A DNA stretch of 64,000 nt, taken from an uncultured virus (IMG/VR IMGVR_UViG_3300029319_006492). Lineage: Duplodnaviria; Heunggongvirae; Uroviricota; Caudoviricetes. The translations under genes were made by a program, and so were the position numbers. Below are positions 28,358 through 37,900 of the stretch, piece by piece; positions within the stretch are counted from its first letter, which is position 1, and each line of letters opens with the position of its first letter. The stretch is from the IMG/VR virus record IMGVR_UViG_3300029319_006492; one strand, given 5' to 3'. The notes under the pieces were generated by a model that saw only the letters and a list, made by a program, of their open reading frames with translations, ran no database searches and was not told where the DNA came from.

Positions 28358-29124
28358 TGATTGAGATGAAGGAAACTGATTTGTTTGAAGATATTGAACT
28401 GCAAACACCATCGAACACGGACACTAGTGTAAAGGATGTAGTAATGGAAGATGCGCCAAGTATAACTTCTCCAGACTGGAACGATTATGTTCTTGGTCTT
28501 TTTGCTGATAATGAACTTTTTGACGGACGACCAACATGCGCTGGACTTAGGAGAGTTGCTGAGTTAGTTTTGGGACAAATTGTTTCCAGTAAACCAACTC
28601 AAATATTCCCGCCAAGTAGCGCCGATGAAGTCGGTAGGTCTACTGTTGTATGGGAGGTAGTATTCGGGGATGGCTCTGTATTCTCTGACGTAGCAGATAG
28701 TTGGGAAGGAAACACAGACGATATGTTTTGCGTTTTCAACACAGCTACAGCAGCTACTAGGGCAGAAGGCAGGGCTTTAAGAAAGGCTCTTAGGCTGCGA
28801 ACTGTAGCCGCAGAAGAAATGACAAAGAAAGATACGGCTAGTATTGTAAAGAGTATTAGCCAAACAAAACGAGTGGAGTCTGAAGGTGAGTATGACGATT
28901 CTTACAGAATGAGTGATGCTCAAGCTAACTTTATTGACTCAAAGTGTAATCAACTAAACCTCAATGTAGCAGAGTTTTTCAGCGAGGTATTTGATTTAAA
29001 TGTAAAGAGAAAGATTGATAAGCGTCAAGCTAGTGACGCAATCAAAAAGCTCAATGATTTTCAACAAGACAAGGGTTTAATTCCTAATTCTATCACGGCT
29101 TATGTAGCAGAATGGAGAAATTAA
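28357..29124 (+). CDS. Putative single-strand annealing / recombination protein
   Basis: ATAATRAEGRALRKAL...AEE core and C-terminal SDAQ..FI...ASDAIKKL resemble phage SSAP families. Family not resolved. Confidence 0.45.
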   Translation: MIEMKETDLFEDIELQTPSNTDTSVKDVVMEDAPSITSPDWNDYVLGLFADNELFDGRPTCAGLRRVAELVLGQIVSSKPTQIFPPSSADEVGRSTVVWEVVFGDGSVFSDVADSWEGNTDDMFCVFNTATAATRAEGRALRKALRLRTVAAEEMTKKDTASIVKSISQTKRVESEGEYDDSYRMSDAQANFIDSKCNQLNLNVAEFFSEVFDLNVKRKIDKRQASDAIKKLNDFQQDKGLIPNSITAYVAEWRN

Positions 29125-29459
29125 TGAAGGTTACTTATCAAACGAAGAATGGCAAGCTTAAGGTAGAGCTTGAAGGCGATTCGCAAAGAGACATCTTTGG
29201 TGAAATTGCAAAGTTCCAAGAGGTTTTCGAGGAGGATACCTGTGGAAAGTGCGGTTCTGATAACATTAAATTTGTTGTTAGAAACGTGGACGATAACTTG
29301 TACTACGAACTGCGATGTGCGGACTGTGGTGCGAGACTATCATTCGGATCTATGAAGAAGGGTGGGGGTTTATTCCCTAAACGCAAAGACGCAGAGGGCA
29401 ACTGGTTGCCTGATCGTGGTTGGGTTAAATGGAATCCTAAAACAGAAAAGAATGAATAG
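29124..29459 (+). CDS. Zn-ribbon protein (possible ssDNA-binding partner of the annealase)
   Basis: CGKC...CADC and an aromatic/basic C-terminus. TAATG coupling at 29124. Confidence 0.6.
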   Translation: MKVTYQTKNGKLKVELEGDSQRDIFGEIAKFQEVFEEDTCGKCGSDNIKFVVRNVDDNLYYELRCADCGARLSFGSMKKGGGLFPKRKDAEGNWLPDRGWVKWNPKTEKNE

Positions 29460-29488
29460 ACAGTGAATAAGAGACTTGTCTTTTATTT

Positions 29489-29524
29489 AAAAAGGAGGGG
29501 TGGGTAATACCACCCCTTTTTTTG
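29489..29524. terminator. Probable bidirectional intrinsic terminator between the convergent blocks
   Basis: AGGGGTGG-gtaata-CCACCCCT hairpin followed by a T-run on + and preceded by an A-run. Confidence 0.8.
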
Positions 29525-29527
29525 TTT

Positions 29528-29668
29528 TTAAAACAGGAATCTTTCCCACCAGCCCTGTGAGGCACCGAGGAAATAAATTCCAACCAAAGCGCCACCGACA
29601 AGCGCCGTTCTTCTTACTAGCTTATGCTTTCTAACGAAGCGGGCTATAGGACCATTGAAAATAGGCAT
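29528..29668 (-). CDS. 46-aa single-pass membrane protein (below ORF-track cutoff)
   Basis: AAGGAG RBS 6 nt before ATG. MPIFNGPIARFVRKHKLVRRTALVGGALVGIYFLGASQGWWERFLF*. Confidence 0.7.
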   Translation of the reverse strand: MPIFNGPIARFVRKHKLVRRTALVGGALVGIYFLGASQGWWERFLF

Positions 29669-29697
29669 ACATTACTCCTTGTAGAAATTGTGAAATT

Positions 29698-29725
29698 AAA
29701 AAGGGGGCAGCTCAATGCCACCCCC
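29698..29725 (-). terminator. Intrinsic terminator after the 248-aa gene
   Basis: Minus strand reads GGGGGTGGC-attga-GCTGCCCCC-TTTTT. Confidence 0.7.
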
Positions 29726-29754
29726 ATATGTACAACACGATTATTTATCAAACA

Positions 29755-30501
29755 CTATAGATACTCTAAAGTAAAGTAAAGTCCATACTGAGTTTTACTT
29801 CCTATACTATCTGGCGAAGCTGACATAGCAACGTACCAGTCGTGTCTCAGACTTTCGTGAGCAGCACCTTGGTTTGTCAGCCAGTTTATGCTACCATCAG
29901 CAAGTCCAGAAGGCAGAGTTTCTGCTGCGGAAGTGTTTAGTCCGCTCATACCGGGGGAAGGAGTAAAATCTAAATCAAATTGAGCCTCTGTTGGATCAAA
30001 TTCGGACCAAGCAAAACCAGTTACACCCCTAAAAGCCAATGTTCCGCTCTGGCCGTTATGGGCTTCATTTGGCTGTGGATGACGGCACTCAAATACCTTG
30101 GTGGACACACCGCTGGCAGGTTTAGAAATATCGTTTCTATCAAAGATTCTAAGTTTACAGTTTTGAACTTTTACGGCTTCGCTGTGCGAGAAGCTAATTC
30201 TTAATGGTGCATAATAATTTGGCATACCAGAAAGTCCAATTGTGGCTCCGCCATTAGCTGAAACACCGCTATTTGGTATAACATTACTAGATGCCCACTT
30301 GGTATTATTCACCCTCACGCCGCTGGAAGTGCCATCGCCGTTAGTTACATAAGAAGTATCTTGATATTGACCTACAGGCACAGAAATCCCAAAACCTCCG
30401 CCAAAAAAGCCAAGGCCAGATCCGCCTGCGTGTTGTATTAGGGTAGCGTCGTCGCTACTGGCCATGCCGTTTTGATTAGCATGGAATGTAATTTCAGCCA
30501 T
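29755..30501 (-). CDS. Putative virion structural protein (Gly/Ser-rich, beta-rich)
   Basis: AAGGAGG RBS, own candidate promoter and terminator, position at the end of the tail module, 8 Ser-Gly dipeptides. Confidence 0.55.
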   Translation of the reverse strand: MAEITFHANQNGMASSDDATLIQHAGGSGLGFFGGGFGISVPVGQYQDTSYVTNGDGTSSGVRVNNTKWASSNVIPNSGVSANGGATIGLSGMPNYYAPLRISFSHSEAVKVQNCKLRIFDRNDISKPASGVSTKVFECRHPQPNEAHNGQSGTLAFRGVTGFAWSEFDPTEAQFDLDFTPSPGMSGLNTSAAETLPSGLADGSINWLTNQGAAHESLRHDWYVAMSASPDSIGSKTQYGLYFTLEYL

Positions 30502-30531
30502 TATTTAAACCCTCCTTTAAGAAGTTCATTA

Positions 30532-30541
30532 TATTATACAC
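30532..30541 (-). promoter_or_regulatory. Candidate late promoter GTGTATAATA
   Basis: Lies in an AT-rich intergenic gap 30 nt upstream of the ATG with no good -35. An identical 10-mer occurs at 43003-43012. Confidence 0.45.
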
Positions 30542-30562
30542 GAAAAATGGTTAAATTTAAAA

Positions 30563-33500
30563 TTATTTAGTGGTTATTGTGAGGTCTATATACTGTTCGT
30601 CAGACGCATCGCGGGTAGCACTCACATAGTCTGCGGTAGGGCCATAGAATGTATGACCAATGTCGTTGTGAAAGTGGAAAAATAGATCATATTTGTTATT
30701 TGGAGATTGATTTACTATTTGCATTGTTGTTTCTTTTTCGCCTGATTCCAGACCAAAAAACTCGCCTCCAGAAAGTATCGTTCCTCGTTTGTCCTGATCA
30801 GAGTTTGACTTTATAGACAGCCTTTCATACTCAGAAGCTGTCGCTATTAAAGGTTTTTCGTCAGTAGACACAAATTGGAAGACGTATCCTCTTACCAAGC
30901 CAAGATTGAAGCCTTTACCTAACTCAGTGGGCGCTGTTCCTCCACTTAGGACTGAAGCGCCTGTGCTGGAAAATGTGACGGGTCTTCCGTTACTGAGCGG
31001 TGTTGACTCCTCAACAGCTCCAAAAGCTGTATATGAGAAATCATAGCCAGTCTTATTTACAACAATCTCTTTTACTCTTCCGTTATCGTCAACAGCCTTG
31101 ACCTCCATCTCAAAGTCTACCCCAAGCTTGTCAGAAACTACAAAAGTATCACCAGTTTTGTACCCTTCTCTGCCGGGGTTCTTAACAATAAACAAAACAT
31201 CTTCGCCCGCATTAAAAGGATCAAAAGTCTTTTGACGATTGACTTCATCTGGTTCTGATATGTCGTAAAACGGTTTTGCTTCAGTCTTGATATATGTTAC
31301 GTTGTCAACAACCTCTGTTCCGCCCGTGTTTAATATTGCATATCCGCCATTCTCATAGACTAGTTCCTCGCCATTAACAACTCCATCACTGTAGTCAGGC
31401 AAAACAATTCTTGCTTTTGGTACACCAATAGTCCTACGGTTGTACGAATATGGCAATAACTTGCCTCTTCTATTTACATCTATTACCCATTTACTTCTGG
31501 GAACAGATTCGTACACATTACCGCCATCACTAGCACGAGTTTGATATACGGAAGCGCCTAACCCAAGAACATGCAATTCGTTTATTGCGGGTTCATCAAT
31601 TGGGATCAATGCTTTAGAAGAAGGGATTCTGAGATCGCAATCGTATTTTTGTTGGGCTATGTAATACTTGTAAGACTTAGATCCAGCGTCTTTATTTGCA
31701 GGGTCTCTTTGTGATAAGTTTTCTTCTAGAAAATCAACCTTGTAACTATCCGGATTGTTAGAATCTAAAAGTTCGTCAAGAATACCCGCATTAAAGTGAT
31801 GAACAGCATAATACCTTGGATCATATATAGTTTGTTCTCTCGGCCAGTTGTGGTATACTTTTACATATAGATTAGTTGTTGCCATATCTCTATAACCATT
31901 ACGAACACCCCAAGATGCGAACTGCCAAACGGTCCCGTCGTCGCCCAATCGGGCAGAGGAGCGTTGAAATGACCAGCACCCTAGAGTTTGATCTGTGTTA
32001 AAAACGATCTCTGTATTAGCTGTGCAAGTTGCTACCGCACCTATGATGCCTATACCTCCGGGTTCACAGCCAAATGTGTTGCCATCTTTCCATTCTGGGT
32101 TTGTTGAGTTTACATCTGTGCCTTCTGCGTTACCACCGTGGACCCAGCTCTGCCGCCCCGGAGCGCCCCACATACCATGATGGAAGCGGGCGCCCTGTGC
32201 TTCCGACGTAAGAAAGGCTTTGGGGGATGTCAAGTATTTGTCGTTTGTTCGCGCACCGGGGATGTCAACGTTTAACTGTAAGCCCCAGTGACTGTTCCAT
32301 AATGCGCTTATGTTACCTATCATGTCGGGAACTTCAAACTGAAACGGGTTCATCACCGTACTGACGTTATATTCTCTCTCTCTAGCAATCCAGCCGACAG
32401 GCGGAACCTTTGAAGACATTCTTCTTGTGATAGCTTGTGATTGAAATTGCCGCATACCGGCTTGAACAGTTTCATCAAAATATGTTTGACCATATTGCAT
32501 GTATGCGGAATCTTTTAGAGGTCTAAACATAATCCTATTTGGCACTCTAGGTTTAAGATCATAAAAGCTATTTTGCTGAAGATCGGGTACACCTTTAGTA
32601 CCTTCGTCATACACTTTGTGAAGCCAATTTTGACCGTACTTAAAGAAATTTTTAACTGAGAACTTCGCGCTATTAGACGAATTGGTTTGATACATCTGAT
32701 CTACCATATGTATGTTTTTAATTGGCTGTCCGTTTGTGCCTGACGGACCTGCATTTAATGCTATATCGGCAGGAAGATTTGTTAGCGAAGTATCCTCATC
32801 ATTGAACATTGGGATTGTTTCATCTTGCTCGTTTACGGCTGACTCAAGATTGTCATGTCTAGCGGCCCCATTGTTAAATGGTAATACATCTTTTCCAATT
32901 TCGTCATGGAAAAATTTGCATGTTACGCTGCCAATGGGAGCGTGTTTAAGCGATGACTCATACTCTTCTCCAACAAGACCAGAAACATTTACAGTTGGAA
33001 CTCCCAAGTAATTTCTCGCAGTTCTGTACTCATCTATGTCTGTTGCTCGATAACCGTCTGGAAAAATACAGCCAAAGAATCCTATAGTATTTAAGCCTAC
33101 ATTATAGCCTTCTTCGTTCATTATTGGCTCGCCATTTGGCCCCGTAATGGGGTTAGTGACTCCAAGGCCATTCTTATTAGATGCGGCAGAGTCTCTAGCA
33201 CCCTCACCCCTAAGCCCACCTACCAGTTTGTCCATCTGATCAAAAGAAGTCATTTGACAATATCCGCCAACAATCAAATCATTAGAAAGATCTTTAGGGT
33301 TCGTATATTTGTTGTTGTTAAGTATATCGTCCTTGTAGAAGTTTGCATGAAATCCACGCTCTATATCTACTGAATCAAGCTGTCTAAACCCAGAGTCTCT
33401 AAAGTAGTGAACTTTATTTGTTAATATATAAGAGAAATCCCATTTACCATCAAAGCCAGCCGTAACATCTGCATCCTCAATACCAGAGGGAAAATCTATG

Positions 33501-34897
33501 GCAAACCACAATCCATCTATTTTGTTTAACAAAACGTACTGGTTTGTATCCAAGCTTTTTGCGCTAGCGTTAAAAACTCTGAATGTAGCTTTTTCTTCAC
33601 TTTTAGCTGGGCAGATTGGTAGAAAGTTCCCGTTTTCGTCTACCTCAGAAGCTTGAGCGTAGTTTGGTGTCCACTGCATTGGGTTGCCATTTTGCATATT
33701 TAAAGGCATGGCAGCTCCAGATCCAAAGATTATGTGACTATTTGGATCGCTTGGATTTCTTAGCATTTCTTCTGGCGAAAGATTTCTGAGCCGCTCTGCA
33801 CTGACCACCTGCGCTCTAGGAATTGTTTGTGTGACCACCCCAACCATTTGCTGGCTACCAGCTTCCCATTTACCTGTATACTCATTGAAAGTCATGTCAA
33901 GCTCGCCTACAACTTCGGCAGCTTTAGAGCCTTCAGGAAAAGCGGCAAATCTACCGTCATCCCTAGAAGAATATTTCCTGCCCAACGGGTCAACCGGTGG
34001 AGCAGCAAACTGGGGCTTAGATATAGCGACACCTCTATTTGTGTTGCTACCGGTACTGCTATCAATTAAATATAGTCTGAAGACAACCCAGTCAGATTTC
34101 AAACACTTAAATGTATCTTTGTCATCATCACCCTTGGCCGTACTAATGTAAAACGGTACATATCCACTCCACTCAACGTATCGGTCTTTACTTGTTTGTA
34201 TATCGGTAGAAAACTCAAGTTTAGCAAAGTCTTTCTGACTCCAAGTGTTTAAAGATATATCACTATTTTCTTTGTGGTCAATCCATTCGTGTAGGGCGAT
34301 AACGTTTGTTATTGGGTCTACCCCTTTAAACATTATTGTCTCTTTTCCGCCCTTTCCGTCAGGAATTTCAAAATCTGTTTTTGGCACAAGGTTCGGAAAT
34401 TCAAACTTCCAGCCCTGATCTGCATATGTAGCTAGTTCTAGCTCATCATATGTATATGTCCTTGGTTGGTTGGCTTCATTTAAGCCCGTCTGTACAAAGT
34501 TCCAGACATCAGAGTGTCCACCATCAATGTATTTAGTAACGTAAGAACCGGCACCTGTATCGCCCTCTTTTCTCCAAGCTTGAAATGACATCTGCGTGGG
34601 CGAAGCCTGCTTGTCTCCAAATTTAGGGTCTTGTCCAAGCAACAGTAAACTTGGAGAAGTTTTATCTGCAATTGTAGTGGGGTCTTCAGCAAAGTATTTT
34701 TGATTTACGTAGTTACCTTCTCCATCTTTCTTGTTCCACCATCTCCATAACATACCGGTGGTCATCACCGACAGGCCAAGCGTTGCCATATAAGGATGAT
34801 TAGTTGTTATCTTATGTAACTTCTGCTCTTCAAATTCAGTGACATCGCTACTAAAGTAGCTGTCCATCATATCCTTGCTTGTAATATGGTTCGTCAT
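30563..34897 (-). CDS. Large putative virion (tail/baseplate) protein, 1444 aa
   Basis: Tail-module position and AAGGA RBS. NPGREGYKTGD and VNKTGYDF resemble baseplate/fibre beta repeats. Confidence 0.55.
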   Translation of the reverse strand: MTNHITSKDMMDSYFSSDVTEFEEQKLHKITTNHPYMATLGLSVMTTGMLWRWWNKKDGEGNYVNQKYFAEDPTTIADKTSPSLLLLGQDPKFGDKQASPTQMSFQAWRKEGDTGAGSYVTKYIDGGHSDVWNFVQTGLNEANQPRTYTYDELELATYADQGWKFEFPNLVPKTDFEIPDGKGGKETIMFKGVDPITNVIALHEWIDHKENSDISLNTWSQKDFAKLEFSTDIQTSKDRYVEWSGYVPFYISTAKGDDDKDTFKCLKSDWVVFRLYLIDSSTGSNTNRGVAISKPQFAAPPVDPLGRKYSSRDDGRFAAFPEGSKAAEVVGELDMTFNEYTGKWEAGSQQMVGVVTQTIPRAQVVSAERLRNLSPEEMLRNPSDPNSHIIFGSGAAMPLNMQNGNPMQWTPNYAQASEVDENGNFLPICPAKSEEKATFRVFNASAKSLDTNQYVLLNKIDGLWFAIDFPSGIEDADVTAGFDGKWDFSYILTNKVHYFRDSGFRQLDSVDIERGFHANFYKDDILNNNKYTNPKDLSNDLIVGGYCQMTSFDQMDKLVGGLRGEGARDSAASNKNGLGVTNPITGPNGEPIMNEEGYNVGLNTIGFFGCIFPDGYRATDIDEYRTARNYLGVPTVNVSGLVGEEYESSLKHAPIGSVTCKFFHDEIGKDVLPFNNGAARHDNLESAVNEQDETIPMFNDEDTSLTNLPADIALNAGPSGTNGQPIKNIHMVDQMYQTNSSNSAKFSVKNFFKYGQNWLHKVYDEGTKGVPDLQQNSFYDLKPRVPNRIMFRPLKDSAYMQYGQTYFDETVQAGMRQFQSQAITRRMSSKVPPVGWIAREREYNVSTVMNPFQFEVPDMIGNISALWNSHWGLQLNVDIPGARTNDKYLTSPKAFLTSEAQGARFHHGMWGAPGRQSWVHGGNAEGTDVNSTNPEWKDGNTFGCEPGGIGIIGAVATCTANTEIVFNTDQTLGCWSFQRSSARLGDDGTVWQFASWGVRNGYRDMATTNLYVKVYHNWPREQTIYDPRYYAVHHFNAGILDELLDSNNPDSYKVDFLEENLSQRDPANKDAGSKSYKYYIAQQKYDCDLRIPSSKALIPIDEPAINELHVLGLGASVYQTRASDGGNVYESVPRSKWVIDVNRRGKLLPYSYNRRTIGVPKARIVLPDYSDGVVNGEELVYENGGYAILNTGGTEVVDNVTYIKTEAKPFYDISEPDEVNRQKTFDPFNAGEDVLFIVKNPGREGYKTGDTFVVSDKLGVDFEMEVKAVDDNGRVKEIVVNKTGYDFSYTAFGAVEESTPLSNGRPVTFSSTGASVLSGGTAPTELGKGFNLGLVRGYVFQFVSTDEKPLIATASEYERLSIKSNSDQDKRGTILSGGEFFGLESGEKETTMQIVNQSPNNKYDLFFHFHNDIGHTFYGPTADYVSATRDASDEQYIDLTITTK

Positions 34898-34908
34898 TTA
34901 TAATTCCT

Positions 34909-37900
34909 TTATTGGAAAGTCCTGCGGTTCTGTTTTGTTATTATATCCGGTCTTCTGGATGCAAAATACTTATTAAACGGATCGTCTGAAAATCCGTGAA
35001 AAATATCTGCCATGTTTGATCCTGCTGTTTTGTCCATAGCGTCTTTGAATTCTAGTTCGTCTCTAAATATGCTGGCCGCTTCTTGAATCATGCTTTCGTT
35101 TTGAGCAACAGATTCGTGATTTTCAGAAACTATAATTTCTTCATTGTCGCCCTTTGTATGTGTTTGTGTCTGGTTATTGGCGCTTATAGTAATCATTGAT
35201 GCCTTATCTACATCACCCCTCTCAAAAGCGGTGAATATATCGTTTGACCCCTTGGCTGCGTCAATTAAAGCTTGCCCACCGCGAGCCATTACATCGCCCA
35301 TCATATCCATATTTGCTCCACCTTTTCCAATCCCCCTCCTCTTTAGGGCGTTGTTTTGGTCTATGATCTTTTGTCTTTCTCTACTAATTTGAGATATGGC
35401 AATCTCCTTTTGCTTTTGCAATTTACCAAATCTAGAAGTGTATAAATCTAGCTGGACACTGGTTTTAATGTTACTTTCTGAAACATCAACAGTTATAGAA
35501 GTTACCAATGGCCCCTTATCTCTCAAAGCTTTTGCTAATGATACATCAATAGGTGCGCTAGGATATGAGAATGAGCCTCTTTCTGTGAGTAGGAGAAGAC
35601 TATTGGCAAACTTCGTCTTTAACTTAGCCGCCTCATCCATTAGCTGGTAACCCGCATAGCTCCAAGGGGCAATGCTCTCATCTTTTTCAAATTCTATCTT
35701 ACCACCTATATCTCCAAATCTAATGTCTGTTCCATCAATCATTTTCTTGTCTAAAGCGGAAGAGATCCAAGGTCCATAACATCTTTCTAAAGATATCAAT
35801 GGTAGGGCTACCAGATCTGGATAGACTGGTGAAGGTGAAGTGTAGGCTAAAATGCTGCTGTCCCCATTGTTAGACAAGCTAATACCTTTCACTACGTCTT
35901 TCTGGGCTTGAACAGCTTTAGATATATCTGCAAACGAGAATTCTACACCGCTCGGCAATTCGTTACAATTAACCGGCACGTCTGGTTCGTTCTTAAGTCC
36001 GGGCTTTTCAAACTCATCTATCTTAACCACGTCCTCAGTTAGAATGTTTGAAATCTTGTGACCATTTTGCGCTCTTAGTGGGCCGTCTACATATCTCTTA
36101 TCTTGTGTTGGTATGATTCTTCCGGGTACAGTTATGAGTGCATAGACATGTTTGGGATCTAAATCTTGCTCTTCTGTTTTTATAATCCAACTTTTATGTG
36201 TTTCGCTGTACTCTCTCTCAAAATCATCCCAAGGCTCCTTGTGTGCATCCGCAGGGTTGACTGGCCTTTTCTTATTGCCGCTTTCTGGAATGTCTGGATT
36301 TTCTGGAATTGGATTTCCGTCGCCGTCCTGTTCTTCTATTTCAGAGTCGCCATCTTTCGTTAACAGTCCGCCATCCTTCACGCCAAATACAGGAACCGGT
36401 CTCCTTTTAACCTCTCTAGGTAGCTTACATCCAGTAAAATCTTGATCTCCATATTCAGCTAATTCTTCGTCAGAAAGCTTTTCGGCTTCTACATAGACTA
36501 CCTCATACGGAGAAGGCGCTAAGGAAACAGTAAAATCCTCTGCCCAAACAGTGGCATCACCCCTGACTGTCTTGGGTGACATGTAGAACCTTTCATCCAA
36601 CGTGCATTTCACAAATGCAACAGACGGACCTTGACGTTCTAGATCCTCATCATCTTTTATTCTTGCTTCTATTTGGTCTAGAACAAGCTTTTTCTCTGGG
36701 TGCAAATTAGCTGCCGTCTCCATTACGTCTGGTATCACAGTGCCTTCTTTACCAATGAGTTGCTGTTCTACATTCTGTGTCCCTGCCTTGCTCATATCTA
36801 AGTGTTGGCTATGATCATATCTAACATAACACTGAACTCTATTGCTGTCAGAGATTATTTTATCTAGCAACTTAGGTGCAAGAACTTGTCTAGTAGCTTT
36901 AGGCAGTTTTGTGTCGCTAACACCTTTAAGTTTAGTCTCATTCTTTTTTAAGTTTTTATCATATAAGGCATAGTTAAAGAATCCGCCTTGAGGAGCAGGT
37001 TCGTAATTGTGTTCCCACTTTTCGGTCATTGGGTTGTAATTGCTTTTTAAAGCCCCATAAGTGTAGCCCGAACCATAGTGGGTAATTATCTTGCTATTAG
37101 ATTTTGCTGCTTCTTGACCCATAGCATCAACATCTAAGTAGTGCCAATGCGTATTGGATTTTTGGGGCCACATAGAACCGTCTAAATTATTAGCTGTTGG
37201 TCCGCCTCTTTCAGCGGCCCTTGCTATTTTTTTCAGTTCTTTTAGGTTATCTTTCCAGCCGGTGTCATCTTCAAATTCAAACGCTGGATTAGTGCTGATC
37301 GGTTGTGGCTTAAAGCCAAATGGCCCCTTGATCACATCCCAAGCTCTACCATCTTTCTGTGTGATGCTTGGCGCCCAGTTGACATTGCAACCTCTAGGAA
37401 CTTTCACCAAGAATTTTTTACCAAGATTGTCATCTGCTATCTTTTTCAGGAACGAATGAACTTTTCTGGCATTTTGCAAATGTTCCCTAGAAGTCTTATT
37501 GAGATTCTTGATGACACCCTTTTGGTTTCTTATGCTTTCTTTTAACTCGTGTATCTGTCCCTTCTTAGCATCAGCAAATCTCTTTAAATCTTTTCTTTCT
37601 TGTTCAAGATTGCTTTGTATTTTCTCTATGCGACTATTAAGTATGTCTATGTCTTTGTCAAAAGCCTGTAATTTTTCAGGGGCAGCGTCTGCGACCAAAT
37701 CCTTCTGCTTTTCCTTTTCTTTTATCAAGGCTCTTAATCTAATTATAGAGTTATCAGCTACGCTTTTTTGATAAGAAAATCTTTGTTTATCAACCTGACG
37801 CATGTCTTCCAGTCTTTCAATATTACTAAGTACAGTAGTTTGAGCCTGTAAGACTTGAGCTATACCACACTCAGGTATACCAATTTTTTCTGCTCTCTTG

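Noticed and set aside
8791..29124. Longest-ORF starts at 8791, 11384, 16019, 26135, 27118 and 29112
   Set aside because: Downstream starts give typical stop/start coupling or an RBS and begin at the domain boundary.
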